A stretch of DNA of 64,000 bases from an uncultured virus (IMG/VR IMGVR_UViG_3300010282_000326). Its lineage: Duplodnaviria > Heunggongvirae > Uroviricota > Caudoviricetes. How positions within the stretch are numbered: the stretch's first letter is position 1; every line of letters starts with the position of its first letter. The notes below the pieces were generated by a model that had not been told where the DNA came from, made no database searches, and worked only from the letters and a program-made list of their open reading frames with translations. The stretch lies in IMG/VR virus record IMGVR_UViG_3300010282_000326; one strand, written 5' to 3'. Below, piece after piece: positions 38,623-48,261 of this stretch. Position numbers and translations under genes: made by a program.

Positions 38623-38904
38623 ATGGAAATTACGAGGATTAAAGTAGATTCATTATCACCGAAAGAACCAAATACTTGTGCAGAATTTTCTATAACTTTT
38701 GATGATATGTTGGTAATACATAACATCAGAGTTATAGAAGGTAAGAAAGGCTTATTTATAGCATTTCCATCAAGTGGTGAAGCAAAGATAAAAGATAATC
38801 AAAAGAGATATTTTGATGTTGTTCATCCTACGAATCAAAAGTTCAGGCAAATAATAGAAGATGAAGTTCTTAAGAAGTATTATGATGAAGTAGCAAAAAA
38901 ATAG
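38623..38904 (+). CDS. spoVG: SpoVG-family nucleic-acid-binding protein
   Basis: MEITRIKV...SITFDDMLVIHNIRVIEGKKGLFIAFPS...YFDVVHP. Confidence 0.92.
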   Translation: MEITRIKVDSLSPKEPNTCAEFSITFDDMLVIHNIRVIEGKKGLFIAFPSSGEAKIKDNQKRYFDVVHPTNQKFRQIIEDEVLKKYYDEVAKK

Positions 38905-38910
38905 AAGTTT

Positions 38911-38946
38911 ATTAAGGCAGTCAGTAATGATTGCCTTAATTTTTTT
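38911..38946 (+). terminator. intrinsic terminator ending the 23.1-38.9 kb operon
   Basis: ATTAAGGCAGTCA / TGATTGCCTTAAT plus T-run. Confidence 0.8.
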
Positions 38947-38993
38947 ATTCATTTCTACTATAAATAAAAAAGTTATGGAGGTTTTATATAAAT

Positions 38994-40604
38994 ATGAATA
39001 GAGCAAAGGAAGTCACCTATTATAATGATAGGTATAAGGGTTCTCTTTCAGAGGATGTCTGTGATGCTGTAGAACAATTATTAGAGTTGGATTCAGAGAA
39101 TGGTGAGGTTACAGACCTTAAGCATTATATTTATAATATGTCCGATTCTGATGTTACTGATTATATAGAAACAATGGATGCTTTTGGTAGTTGCTTTAAG
39201 GAGTATAATAAACCTTTTGGTACATTGAGAGATGAGCAAACTGTTGGTATAGCCTTAATGTATTATGTAGGAAATTGTATTCTTGGCGATTCAGTTGGTA
39301 TGGGTAAAACTGTAGAAGTAGCAGGACTTTGTAATTTATTAAAGAATGAGTATAAACAAAGGGGTAAATCTTTCAGATACTTACTTTTAACTGAAAAGAA
39401 CTTAGCAGACCAAGTTCGTTCTGAGATGGTTAAGTTTACTGCTGATTATACAACACTTATACCAAGTGGTGAGAAAGATGTAATTGATTATTTTACCAGA
39501 AATAATCCTTTTGATGAAGAGTTAAAATATAGTGTTGTAGGTACTCATGCTTTGTTTACAACATCAGGATTTTTGGCTTGGCTTGAACAAGCTCGTACTT
39601 ATGGTAAGGGTTTCCCATTTGATATGTTAATTGTAGATGAAAGTTCACCTTTAGGTGGTAAGACTACAAATAATATTGTTCAAGGTTTTAAGAACATTAA
39701 GAAATATTTTAAGCGTATTGTATTTTTGAATGCTACACCATTTGAGTCTAAACTTGAAATATTTTTTAATCAATTAAACCTGTTAGATGATAAGTATTTA
39801 CCAACAAAAACTAATTTTCAAAAGCAATATGTTGTAATGGATTATAGGGGTATGTATCCAAAGCCAACAGGCAGGTATAAGAATCAGGCTGAGTTTAAGA
39901 GACTGATAGGTTATAGGTATTTTGCAAGAACTCGTAGGGATAAAGGTGCTGTTATGGAGGATTGTAAGGGTGGTATTGTTTATTCTCCATTATCAAAGAT
40001 ACAGAAAGAGTGGTTAGAAAAGACTCAGTTGAATAGAATGGTATATGATTGCCCTACTTATTTTGATGATACTATTGATTTCTGTATTGAGAATGTACCT
40101 AAGTTAGGTAGTTTGAATAATCTATTATTAAATGATTGTGCTGATGCAGATTCAATTTTAATCTTTTCTCACTTTAAGGAAACTCAGGCTCATCTTTCGA
40201 GATGGCTATCAAATAAGGGGTACTCTAATCGAGTTCTTAATGGTGAAACTAAAGATACAGATAGAGCCAATATTATTAAAGGTTTTAAGAATAAAGAATA
40301 TAAAATTTTGATTACAAATGTCCAGAAAGGTCTTAATTTTGGTGATTGTAATTATTGTATTTTCTTTAGTTTTGACCCTAACCCATCAAAAATGATACAG
40401 TTTGAGGGTAGAACTACGAGAAGTTTCGATATTATAGGAAAGAATGTTTATATTCTTTGTTCTTTAGGTAAGGAAAAAAGACAGTTGCTTGATGTTGTTA
40501 GACAGAGGGCTAAGGCTACAAGTGATATGACTAATACAGATTTATCTGTTGTTATGAGTATCTTATTAGGGGATGATTATAATGAAAATAATAAAGAAGA
40601 GTAA
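38994..40604 (+). CDS. SNF2-like superfamily 2 helicase
   Basis: ILGDSVGMGKT, LIVDESS, LNATP, GLNF, QFEGRTTR. Confidence 0.85.
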   Translation: MNRAKEVTYYNDRYKGSLSEDVCDAVEQLLELDSENGEVTDLKHYIYNMSDSDVTDYIETMDAFGSCFKEYNKPFGTLRDEQTVGIALMYYVGNCILGDSVGMGKTVEVAGLCNLLKNEYKQRGKSFRYLLLTEKNLADQVRSEMVKFTADYTTLIPSGEKDVIDYFTRNNPFDEELKYSVVGTHALFTTSGFLAWLEQARTYGKGFPFDMLIVDESSPLGGKTTNNIVQGFKNIKKYFKRIVFLNATPFESKLEIFFNQLNLLDDKYLPTKTNFQKQYVVMDYRGMYPKPTGRYKNQAEFKRLIGYRYFARTRRDKGAVMEDCKGGIVYSPLSKIQKEWLEKTQLNRMVYDCPTYFDDTIDFCIENVPKLGSLNNLLLNDCADADSILIFSHFKETQAHLSRWLSNKGYSNRVLNGETKDTDRANIIKGFKNKEYKILITNVQKGLNFGDCNYCIFFSFDPNPSKMIQFEGRTTRSFDIIGKNVYILCSLGKEKRQLLDVVRQRAKATSDMTNTDLSVVMSILLGDDYNENNKEE

Positions 40605-40920
40605 AGTAGATATTGATAAAGGTGTTTTTGAGAATATTGTGCGTGTTTATATTGATTATGTAAAGAAAAGTCTACCAGACCTTAACTTTAAAGAGTTGTC
40701 TGAATTATTTAGACATTCTTTATGTATATCATTAGGTCTTGATTCTAAAGGTTTTAATACTTATATTGATACTAATGCTATTGAATTCTCTAAAGTTTTA
40801 ACACCTTTATTGAAGGAACAGAATGTTTTATCAAAATCGAATGATTATAAAAGTGGTTTTCTTGAAGCTTGTATTCATTACATGGAGTTCAGTATAGAAA
40901 GGGCAGAGTATGGAAAATAA
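40582..40920 (+). CDS. hypothetical protein
   Basis: Overlaps both neighbours, consistent with translational coupling. Confidence 0.7.
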   Translation: MKIIKKSKVDIDKGVFENIVRVYIDYVKKSLPDLNFKELSELFRHSLCISLGLDSKGFNTYIDTNAIEFSKVLTPLLKEQNVLSKSNDYKSGFLEACIHYMEFSIERAEYGK

Positions 40921-41806
40921 GATATTTCAGTCTGAGAAGAAGGAATTTAAGACAAGTGATAGTAGTATTTATTCTTTTAAGGATTGTCCAAATAGATGTG
41001 TAGATGGGTATGTAGTAGACCCATACACACATAAAAGAAAATTATGTTCATATTGTGCTGAGAAGCGTAAGTCTTTAATCAAGACGAATAGTGTTGATAG
41101 CACTTCAAAGGCTTCTATAAAGGAGTTATTAAATCTTCCAGAATACTATTTGGGGTACGATTTTAATATCGATTCTGTTTTCCCAGATTATGCTATTAAG
41201 TATTTAGAAGAGACTTCTTTATTAGCAGTAAAAGAATTACTTAGTGATTTAGTTACAAAGGTATCAGTTGGAGATTTACCAAAAAGGTCTTATATGTTCA
41301 ATTTAGGCTCTAAAGTATATGAGACTAATTTTATTTATCCATATCTTATGAGAGCATACATGGTAGGGGTAACTGTGTCACCATTAGTTTATTCTTTAGA
41401 TTTAGTTAGTGCTAGAACTGCTTTAGAAGCAGGTATTGTTGATGAGTCTTTACCTTTTAAGTATAGAGATTTATTGAGGTCTGATATATGTATATGTGTT
41501 TTAGATGCAGGAGCAACAAAGGTTGATATTGGAGCAGTTAAAGGACTTATGCAGTTAAGGGCTTCAAATAATAAGCCTACTATAATATTTACAAATTTAT
41601 GGAATAGATTGATTGGAGATTTATGTGATGTTGAGGCTGATTCTATGAATGTAGCAAAACTTATTAGTGTAGAATATGTTAAAAGTAGTAATACTAAACA
41701 AGTAGAAGAGCCATCTGAACAGACTAAGATGAGAACTAAAGGAACCGTGTCAGAAATGAGTTCATCGGATTTCAGAAATCTTTTGAGTTCACATAATAAT
41801 TTGTAA
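40910..41806 (+). CDS. DnaC/DnaI/IstB-like protein with N-terminal Zn motif and degenerate ATPase
   Basis: CPNRC...CSYC; later DICICVLDAG...MQLRASNNKPTIIFTN resembles the loader-family R...PTIITSN motif; no intact Walker A. Confidence 0.5.
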   Translation: MENKIFQSEKKEFKTSDSSIYSFKDCPNRCVDGYVVDPYTHKRKLCSYCAEKRKSLIKTNSVDSTSKASIKELLNLPEYYLGYDFNIDSVFPDYAIKYLEETSLLAVKELLSDLVTKVSVGDLPKRSYMFNLGSKVYETNFIYPYLMRAYMVGVTVSPLVYSLDLVSARTALEAGIVDESLPFKYRDLLRSDICICVLDAGATKVDIGAVKGLMQLRASNNKPTIIFTNLWNRLIGDLCDVEADSMNVAKLISVEYVKSSNTKQVEEPSEQTKMRTKGTVSEMSSSDFRNLLSSHNNL

Positions 41807-41813
41807 TATAAAC

Positions 41814-41842
41814 TTGACTTTTTGTAAGAATTATGTTATAAT
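41814..41842 (+). promoter_or_regulatory. near-consensus sigmaA promoter
   Basis: TTGACT, 17-bp spacer, TATAAT with extended TG. Confidence 0.8.
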
Positions 41843-41848
41843 TACATC

Positions 41849-41936
41849 TGTAATTAGATAAAATATTTTATATTCTTCTTGCAATATCGCCATTCAAGAA
41901 CTGCTATATTTCCTCAGATATAGCAGTTCTTTTTTA
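41849..41936 (+). ncRNA. candidate small RNA (about 85-90 nt)
   Basis: Strong promoter directly upstream, 14-bp terminator hairpin downstream, no ORF in between. Confidence 0.45.
41896..41936 (+). terminator. intrinsic terminator
   Basis: AAGAACTGCTATAT / ATATAGCAGTTCTT plus T-run. Confidence 0.85.
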
Positions 41937-41963
41937 TGTCTAAAGTTAATTTATCAGATTGGC

Positions 41964-41992
41964 TTGACTTTTTGAAAGTTTTGTGTTATAAT
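41964..41992 (+). promoter_or_regulatory. sigmaA promoter of the topoisomerase B-subunit gene
   Basis: TTGACT, 17-bp spacer, TATAAT with extended TG. Confidence 0.8.
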
Positions 41993-42136
41993 AAATATGT
42001 TAAACTTAAAATTACGAGTTAATATAGGTTTAGAAAAGACTTTATTAACTTTAAAGTGTTCTTTTAAGTTTTATTATTTACATTGTATTAATAATTGGTG
42101 TAAATGTAATTTAATATAGTTTAAGGAGGATATAAA

Positions 42137-44323
42137 ATGTCAGAGATTCAGAATGATGATACAACACAGGCTTCTGCCACTCAATCTTATGGTGATGATA
42201 GTATTGAGTTACAGAAAGGTGAATCCAGTGTTCGACTCAGACCTGCGGTAATGCTTGGTTCTGATGGGCTTGATGGTGCTAGACATGGTTTTTCAGAAAT
42301 GTCAGGTAATGCTCTTGATGAGTATTCATGCTTAGATGATAACGATGAAAAGCATAAAAAGCAGTTAGACATCAAGTATTGGAAAGATGGTTCTTTGAGT
42401 ATTCGTGATTATGGTCGAGGTGTTCCGATGGGTTGGAATACTAAAGAACAGAATTGGAATTGGCACTGTGTATATAATATCTTATATGGTGGTGCTAAGT
42501 ATGAAACTCATCAGGCAAGACTTCAGCGTATAACAGATTGGAGTACATTTAATGATAAAGATTACAACTATCTTTATTCAGTTGGTTTGAATGGTCTTGG
42601 TGCAGCTTCTACACAGTTCACATCAGAGTATTTTGAGGTTGAGTCTTACAAAGAAGGCGAGTGTAAGAGAAGAAGCTACAGAAGGGGTAGACCTGTTGTA
42701 AATGGCGAAACCGTAAATCTTTATAGTGGAGATTGGACTATTGACAAGTTAAAAGCTCTTCCAGAGGAAGTTTCAAAAACTGATGAACCAGATGGTACTT
42801 ATGTACATTGGAAACCAGATGATACGATTTTCAGTGATACAAATATTGGTATAGATTGGCTGATTTCTAAGTGTAAAGATATTGCTAAGGTAGCTCATGT
42901 TACAATAAATATTGAAGACGAACATACTGGTCAGAAGTATGTATTTGAGAAAGGTACGATTCAGGATTTAGTTGTTGAGTATGCAGGCTCAAATGCAATT
43001 CGTGATGATGAAGGTAATCCAATCGTCTATTCAACAAATACCTTTACACATGGAAATATAAAGGTAAATAATAATCCTTTTGTTTATGTATTCAAGTGTG
43101 ATATAGCTTTCACACCAGTTACTGCAGAAGTAGATACAGTATGTTTCCATAACTCTGTGAGAATGACTTGGGGTTCACAGTATGATGCAGTTAATTCAGC
43201 ATTAGGTGCATTTTTTAACTCTAAGGCAAAGAGTAGAGGTGTCAAGCTTGAAGCTACTGATTACAGCGATTCTTTTGGGGTAGTTGTTAGTTCTCAGTCT
43301 AATTATGCTTCATTCAGGGGTCAGACAAAGGATGCAGTAGATAATAGTTTTATTTATACTGCAATACAGCAGGCTTTACTTGAAAAGCTTGAAGTTGAGT
43401 ATGGTAAAGGTAATGAAATTATTACAGATGCTGTTGAGCGTGTAATTCGAGAAGCTGAAATTCGTATAGCAAGTAAAGAAACAGCTAAGATTATGCGTGA
43501 AGCTAAGAAAGTTGCAAAAGAGAAAACTCCAGAAAAGTTCACAAGTTGTGATGCTTATGAAAATAAAGAGTATGATAAGGCTGAGTTATGGATTACAGAG
43601 GGTGATTCAGCTAAAGGCTCTATAAAGAATGCAAGAAATAAGGCTTTTCAGGCAATATATCCTATTAAAGGTAAAGGTATCAATGTTGCTAAGAAGTCTT
43701 TAAATAAGGTACTTAAGAATAAAAAGATTCGAGAAATCTTTGCTCTTATTGGTACAGGTTTCGATTTGAATATTAGAGGTGAAAAAACCTTTAATATCGA
43801 GGATTTGAGGTTTGATAAGATTATATTTGCTACTGATGCTGATGAGGATGGTTATCAGATTAGAGTGCTTTTGTTCCTTGTATTTTATAAACTTGCACCT
43901 CAGCTTATTCAGACTGGTCATGTTTATATTGCAGAAACACCTCGTTTCCGAATTGACCTTACTGATAATACATACAGATATGCAAAGGATGATAAAGAAA
44001 GAGATGCTATCCTTAAGGAATGTGTAGGTAGAATTAAGAAAGTTAGCCGATTCAAAGGACTTGGTGAGGTTAATGCAGATGTATTAAGAGAGACTACTGT
44101 ACATCCCGATACAAGAAATCTTATTCCTATCAATATCAACCTTGCAAATCAGGATGAATGCGATTTAATTGATGCAGTTTTCGGTGCTGATAAGTATAAG
44201 CAGAGAAAGAGTATCATCACATCTGTTCTTGGTTGTGACCTTGAGGATGTTATGGATGATGATGCATTAGTTCTTCAGGAAGATGAAGATGATGAGGATG
44301 AAGATAGTCTTGATGAAGAGTAA
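42137..44323 (+). CDS. type IIA topoisomerase B subunit (GyrB/ParE-like)
   Basis: VRLRP, DYGRGVP, GLNGLG, EGDSA, PIKGK, DADEDG, RFKGLGE. Confidence 0.93.
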   Translation: MSEIQNDDTTQASATQSYGDDSIELQKGESSVRLRPAVMLGSDGLDGARHGFSEMSGNALDEYSCLDDNDEKHKKQLDIKYWKDGSLSIRDYGRGVPMGWNTKEQNWNWHCVYNILYGGAKYETHQARLQRITDWSTFNDKDYNYLYSVGLNGLGAASTQFTSEYFEVESYKEGECKRRSYRRGRPVVNGETVNLYSGDWTIDKLKALPEEVSKTDEPDGTYVHWKPDDTIFSDTNIGIDWLISKCKDIAKVAHVTINIEDEHTGQKYVFEKGTIQDLVVEYAGSNAIRDDEGNPIVYSTNTFTHGNIKVNNNPFVYVFKCDIAFTPVTAEVDTVCFHNSVRMTWGSQYDAVNSALGAFFNSKAKSRGVKLEATDYSDSFGVVVSSQSNYASFRGQTKDAVDNSFIYTAIQQALLEKLEVEYGKGNEIITDAVERVIREAEIRIASKETAKIMREAKKVAKEKTPEKFTSCDAYENKEYDKAELWITEGDSAKGSIKNARNKAFQAIYPIKGKGINVAKKSLNKVLKNKKIREIFALIGTGFDLNIRGEKTFNIEDLRFDKIIFATDADEDGYQIRVLLFLVFYKLAPQLIQTGHVYIAETPRFRIDLTDNTYRYAKDDKERDAILKECVGRIKKVSRFKGLGEVNADVLRETTVHPDTRNLIPININLANQDECDLIDAVFGADKYKQRKSIITSVLGCDLEDVMDDDALVLQEDEDDEDEDSLDEE

Positions 44324-44329
44324 TCTTAA

Positions 44330-44361
44330 GGGGTACTCTGTTTAAGGAGTACCCTATTTTT
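44330..44361 (+). terminator. intrinsic terminator
   Basis: GGGTACTC / GAGTACCC plus T-run. Confidence 0.7.
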
Positions 44362-44379
44362 ATAGTTTAGGAGGTTTTT

Positions 44380-44994
44380 ATGAATAGTTTTATTTCTATA
44401 GACCTTGAGACTACTGGTTTTTCTACAGAAACTTGTGACATTATTGAAATTGGTGCTTGGAAAATAAAAGATGATGTTGTGGTCGACAAGTTTTGTTCGT
44501 TGGTACGACCTTATATTTATATTCCACGAAATATACAGCAGATAACTGGTATTACAATGGAAGATGTACAAGATTGCGAACCAATAGAGCCTAACCTCAT
44601 TAGTTTATTTGAATTTTGTGAGGATTTACCTTTTTTAGGTCATAATCTACAGTTCGATTATAGATTTTTACTTGCAAAGGGGAAAAATTTAGGTTTAGAT
44701 TTTAGTCTTGATGGTACGAGAACAGGGATTTGTACTTTAAAGCTCGCAAAAAGTCTTTTAAAGTTGGAGTCCAATCATTTATCAGATGTAGCTAGCCACT
44801 TTCAAATAAGTCTTGATGACTCTAAAGGTGGTTATCATAGAGCTGGATATGATTCTTATGTAACCAAGTTAATTTATGATAGATTCAAAGTTTACTATCC
44901 AATGGCTAATGGGGTAGTTCTACCAGAGTTGTTATCTATCGATGATAAAAAGTATGGAAAGGTGGTTAATAATGAAACGCTCTCATTTAGTTGA
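44380..44994 (+). CDS. DEDDh 3'-5' exonuclease (DnaQ/PolC-exonuclease-like)
   Basis: DLETTG, IIEIGA, GHNLQFD, HRAGYD. Confidence 0.9.
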   Translation: MNSFISIDLETTGFSTETCDIIEIGAWKIKDDVVVDKFCSLVRPYIYIPRNIQQITGITMEDVQDCEPIEPNLISLFEFCEDLPFLGHNLQFDYRFLLAKGKNLGLDFSLDGTRTGICTLKLAKSLLKLESNHLSDVASHFQISLDDSKGGYHRAGYDSYVTKLIYDRFKVYYPMANGVVLPELLSIDDKKYGKVVNNETLSFS

Positions 44995-45868
44995 ATTAGC
45001 TAATCGACACATTTTTCTTCAATATGCACTTAGCATACTGCCGATACTGCTAATATTAGTTTATGTTTTTTCTTATATGTATGATTTAATGGGTGTCTTT
45101 ACTGTAGTTACAACAAATGATACTATGGTAAAGCAACATCAAAATGCAGGATATATTGCTCTTGCAGATTCAATACAAGAAGAGGAGTCAGGTTATAAAG
45201 TCCATCTTGTTAGTGATAATAAAGATACAGTTGATGTTTATACTGGACAGACTATTTATACTGTAATGTTATCTAAGGATAAATGGTTCAGTATTACTAC
45301 TGAAAATAAGTCTATGCTTGTTCCTAAGCTCACATTTGTTAGAGACATAAAGGAAAAAGATGATGGTAGTTATGATGTCACAGTATTAGATAAAACAATA
45401 AATTGTAATGTTGGTGATATTTTATATGAAGTTTCTATTGCAGATTCTGGAAACTATATGCTTAGTTTTACAGATGATACAAGTGTAGAAGCTGATATGG
45501 TTGACAATCTTAATACAATTTTTGTAGGAAAGAATTATACAACTGTTGAAGTTTATGGTGCTTACACTACTGATGTGGATTCTCTTGAGTTGAGTTATGT
45601 AAGTGCATTACCGACAAATGATTTCTATTATGATGCTATGACTCATCAGTTGCTTAGAAATATCGAAGAAGGTATGGATAAAACTTTTATGATGGGTTCA
45701 AGGTTATACTTAGTTACAATTTGTATGATAATGTACTGGGTACTCGTCATATTATGTTTTAAAAATGGTCAGTTCACAATTTTAAGTAGGAAAGAACCAA
45801 CAATATTTATAGGAATAGCGGTAACTCTACTTGGGGTACTGTTCTTTGTTACTAAGAGTTTGTTGTAA
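44972..45868 (+). CDS. membrane protein
   Basis: One N-terminal and two C-terminal TM segments; start reassigned to ATG 44972. Confidence 0.75.
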   Translation: MKRSHLVELANRHIFLQYALSILPILLILVYVFSYMYDLMGVFTVVTTNDTMVKQHQNAGYIALADSIQEEESGYKVHLVSDNKDTVDVYTGQTIYTVMLSKDKWFSITTENKSMLVPKLTFVRDIKEKDDGSYDVTVLDKTINCNVGDILYEVSIADSGNYMLSFTDDTSVEADMVDNLNTIFVGKNYTTVEVYGAYTTDVDSLELSYVSALPTNDFYYDAMTHQLLRNIEEGMDKTFMMGSRLYLVTICMIMYWVLVILCFKNGQFTILSRKEPTIFIGIAVTLLGVLFFVTKSLL

Positions 45869-45883
45869 ATATGCGAGATAACC

Positions 45884-45912
45884 TTGACTTTTCTATAGGT
45901 TTATGGTATAAT
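45884..45912 (+). promoter_or_regulatory. sigmaA promoter of the topoisomerase A-subunit gene
   Basis: TTGACT, 17-bp spacer, TATAAT with extended TG. Confidence 0.8.
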
Positions 45913-46015
45913 AAGTATGTATGAAAAATGAAGTTTACTCTGAGTTCATACAAATTTTTCAAGGTAATTCTTGAGAAGAAATATAGAAAATAGAATATGT
46001 TTTAGGAGGTTTCTT

Positions 46016-48160
46016 ATGAGTGAAGAAAGTTTTGACTTATCCTCGATAAGTAGTGGAGTCCGATATCTTGCTGATGGATACTTCGATTATTGTAGTGAAG
46101 TTATCAGTGGTCGTGCTATTGCAGATTATCGAGATGGTCTAAAGCCAGTTCAGAGAAGAATTATAGTCACCCTTAAGAATGAAAAAGGCTTAGACTATAA
46201 GAAGAGTGCAAGAATTGCAGGAAATACGATGGCTTTACATCCTCATGGTGATGCAGCTATTTATGCAGCCTCAGTTTTAATGACAGATAAAAATGGTACT
46301 CTTGCATTTCCTCTTTTGAGTGGCTCAGGTAGTTTCGGTGGTGTATATAAGACAGACCCAGCAGCAGCCATGCGTTATACTGAGGTTAAGTTACATAGTA
46401 ATACCTTAAACGAGTATTTTGGAGAGTTAAATGGTGTTAGGTTTATTCCAAACTTCGATGCTACTCTTACAGAGCCAGAAGTACTTCCAGTTAGCTTTCC
46501 AGCAGTTCTTGTTAATTCATCAAGTGGTATTGCAGTAGGTTTCAGAACAAATACTCCATCATTTAATTTTAATGATGTGTGTGACCTTGTAACCGAGTAT
46601 ATAGATAATGGTAAATGTACTACAGTTATCTATCCAGACTTTGTAACTGGTGGTTACTATGTCAGAGATGAAAAAGAAGCTCTGAAACTTATGAAGTATG
46701 GTAAGGGAAGAATAAAACTCAGGGGTAGGTCAGTTATCAATGGTAAGAATATTGATGTAACTGAAGTGCCTTATGGTAAGACCATACAAGGTTTACTTAA
46801 GCAGATAAACGATAAAGACATCTCATGTATCAAGAGTGCTTATGATACTGATGACTTTGATAGTGGTATGCTTTTCTCTATCGTATGTACTGCCAAGAAT
46901 AGAACAGATGAAGCTCTTTATGAGTTGTATAAGAACACTGATTTTCAGTATACTTATAGTGCTGATATGACTGTTATTGTTGATGGAGCACCTAAACGAC
47001 TTGGAGTTTGGGATTTGATTGCTAATTGGGTTGCTTGGAGACGAGAAGTTCTTACTAAGGAATATACAGTAAGACTTGAGGCAGCTAATGATGCAATCAG
47101 AGAATCTGAGGCTTTTATGAATATCATAAAAGATGAAGAGAAGAAGATAAAGTTAGTAAATATAATTGCTCAAGAAGGCAGAGATGCAGGTTATAAGTTC
47201 ATAGAAGAGAACTATACGAGAGAAGAAGTTCCTGCTGACCTCATTCAGTTTGTTAGTTCAAGACGACTTCCAGATTACAATGATGGTGGTAAATATACTA
47301 AAGAGTATGAAGTACATAAGAATACTGTAGTTGGTCTTGAGAAGAGTCTTGCTAATATTGATGCAGTTATTAAGGCTCAAATGGAAGCCCTTAAGTTAAA
47401 ATATGGGGTAGCCATGAAGAGAAGAACTGAGATTACAGATACGGATTATGACTTCTCTGAGTCAACAACTAAGGAAGATGTAAAGGTAGAAGATACAAGT
47501 TCTTGTTACTACATCATCAAGAATGGTTTTATTAAAAAGCTCGCATTTACATCAGTTGATGAGTCTGCTGACTTCCAGTTCAGTGGTAAAGCAAATGATA
47601 CTATTGTAGCCATTGATAATTATGGAAGAATACTTCGAGTTTATTGTAATGACTTACCATTTGATTCTGTTTCAAATACTGGTCTTTATATTGCAAGGTA
47701 TTGTGGTATTGAAGCTCCAGATGATTATAGAATTATATGGGCAGGTAAGTTAGAGCCGAAAGAAGTAATGCTTCTGTATAAAGATGGTAATGTTGGCTTT
47801 ATCAATATGGAAGAGTGGATTGGCAATACTCGAAATGTCAGAGTGCTTGAAAGGGGTATTGCTTCAGGATATGCTGATTTAGTTGGTAAGGTATTTGAGG
47901 AAGTTCCCGATGTGCTTTATGTAACTGATACAAGTGGTCGACTTGCTTGGGTTGATACTGCTGATTTGAAGCGTAAAGACCGTACTGCCAGAACAAGAGC
48001 CTTTGTAACAAAGGGTGATGCTCTTATAGATAGCTATGCTTGTTATGGAAGAGATAAGGCAATGTTACTTTTGAATAATGCATCTAACTATTATGGTAAG
48101 CTGAAGGAAATAAACTTAACAGACTTTAGAGGTTCTGCTGAGGATTTCGTACTTATCTAA
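46016..48160 (+). CDS. type IIA topoisomerase A subunit (ParC/GyrA-like, no GyrA box seen)
   Basis: RAIAD.RDGLKPVQRR, KSAR, HPHGD, AAMRYTE (catalytic Tyr), GIAVG; start reassigned after AGGAGG. Confidence 0.93.
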   Translation: MSEESFDLSSISSGVRYLADGYFDYCSEVISGRAIADYRDGLKPVQRRIIVTLKNEKGLDYKKSARIAGNTMALHPHGDAAIYAASVLMTDKNGTLAFPLLSGSGSFGGVYKTDPAAAMRYTEVKLHSNTLNEYFGELNGVRFIPNFDATLTEPEVLPVSFPAVLVNSSSGIAVGFRTNTPSFNFNDVCDLVTEYIDNGKCTTVIYPDFVTGGYYVRDEKEALKLMKYGKGRIKLRGRSVINGKNIDVTEVPYGKTIQGLLKQINDKDISCIKSAYDTDDFDSGMLFSIVCTAKNRTDEALYELYKNTDFQYTYSADMTVIVDGAPKRLGVWDLIANWVAWRREVLTKEYTVRLEAANDAIRESEAFMNIIKDEEKKIKLVNIIAQEGRDAGYKFIEENYTREEVPADLIQFVSSRRLPDYNDGGKYTKEYEVHKNTVVGLEKSLANIDAVIKAQMEALKLKYGVAMKRRTEITDTDYDFSESTTKEDVKVEDTSSCYYIIKNGFIKKLAFTSVDESADFQFSGKANDTIVAIDNYGRILRVYCNDLPFDSVSNTGLYIARYCGIEAPDDYRIIWAGKLEPKEVMLLYKDGNVGFINMEEWIGNTRNVRVLERGIASGYADLVGKVFEEVPDVLYVTDTSGRLAWVDTADLKRKDRTARTRAFVTKGDALIDSYACYGRDKAMLLLNNASNYYGKLKEINLTDFRGSAEDFVLI

Positions 48161-48176
48161 TCAGGTTTTAAGTTAT

Positions 48177-48217
48177 AAGTAAGGGTATATAAAAACTAAT
48201 ATACCCTTACTTTATTT
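48177..48217 (+). terminator. intrinsic terminator
   Basis: AAGTAAGGGTATAT / ATATACCCTTACTT. Confidence 0.8.
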
Positions 48218-48261
48218 AATCTCATAATATTTTTAATATTAAATTAAAAAGGGGTGATATT

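Noticed and set aside
42137..48160. Naming the topoisomerase genes gyrB/gyrA of a chromosomal oriC region
   Set aside because: No GyrA box, divergent motifs, genes separated, and no dnaA/dnaN/recF context; gene symbols withheld
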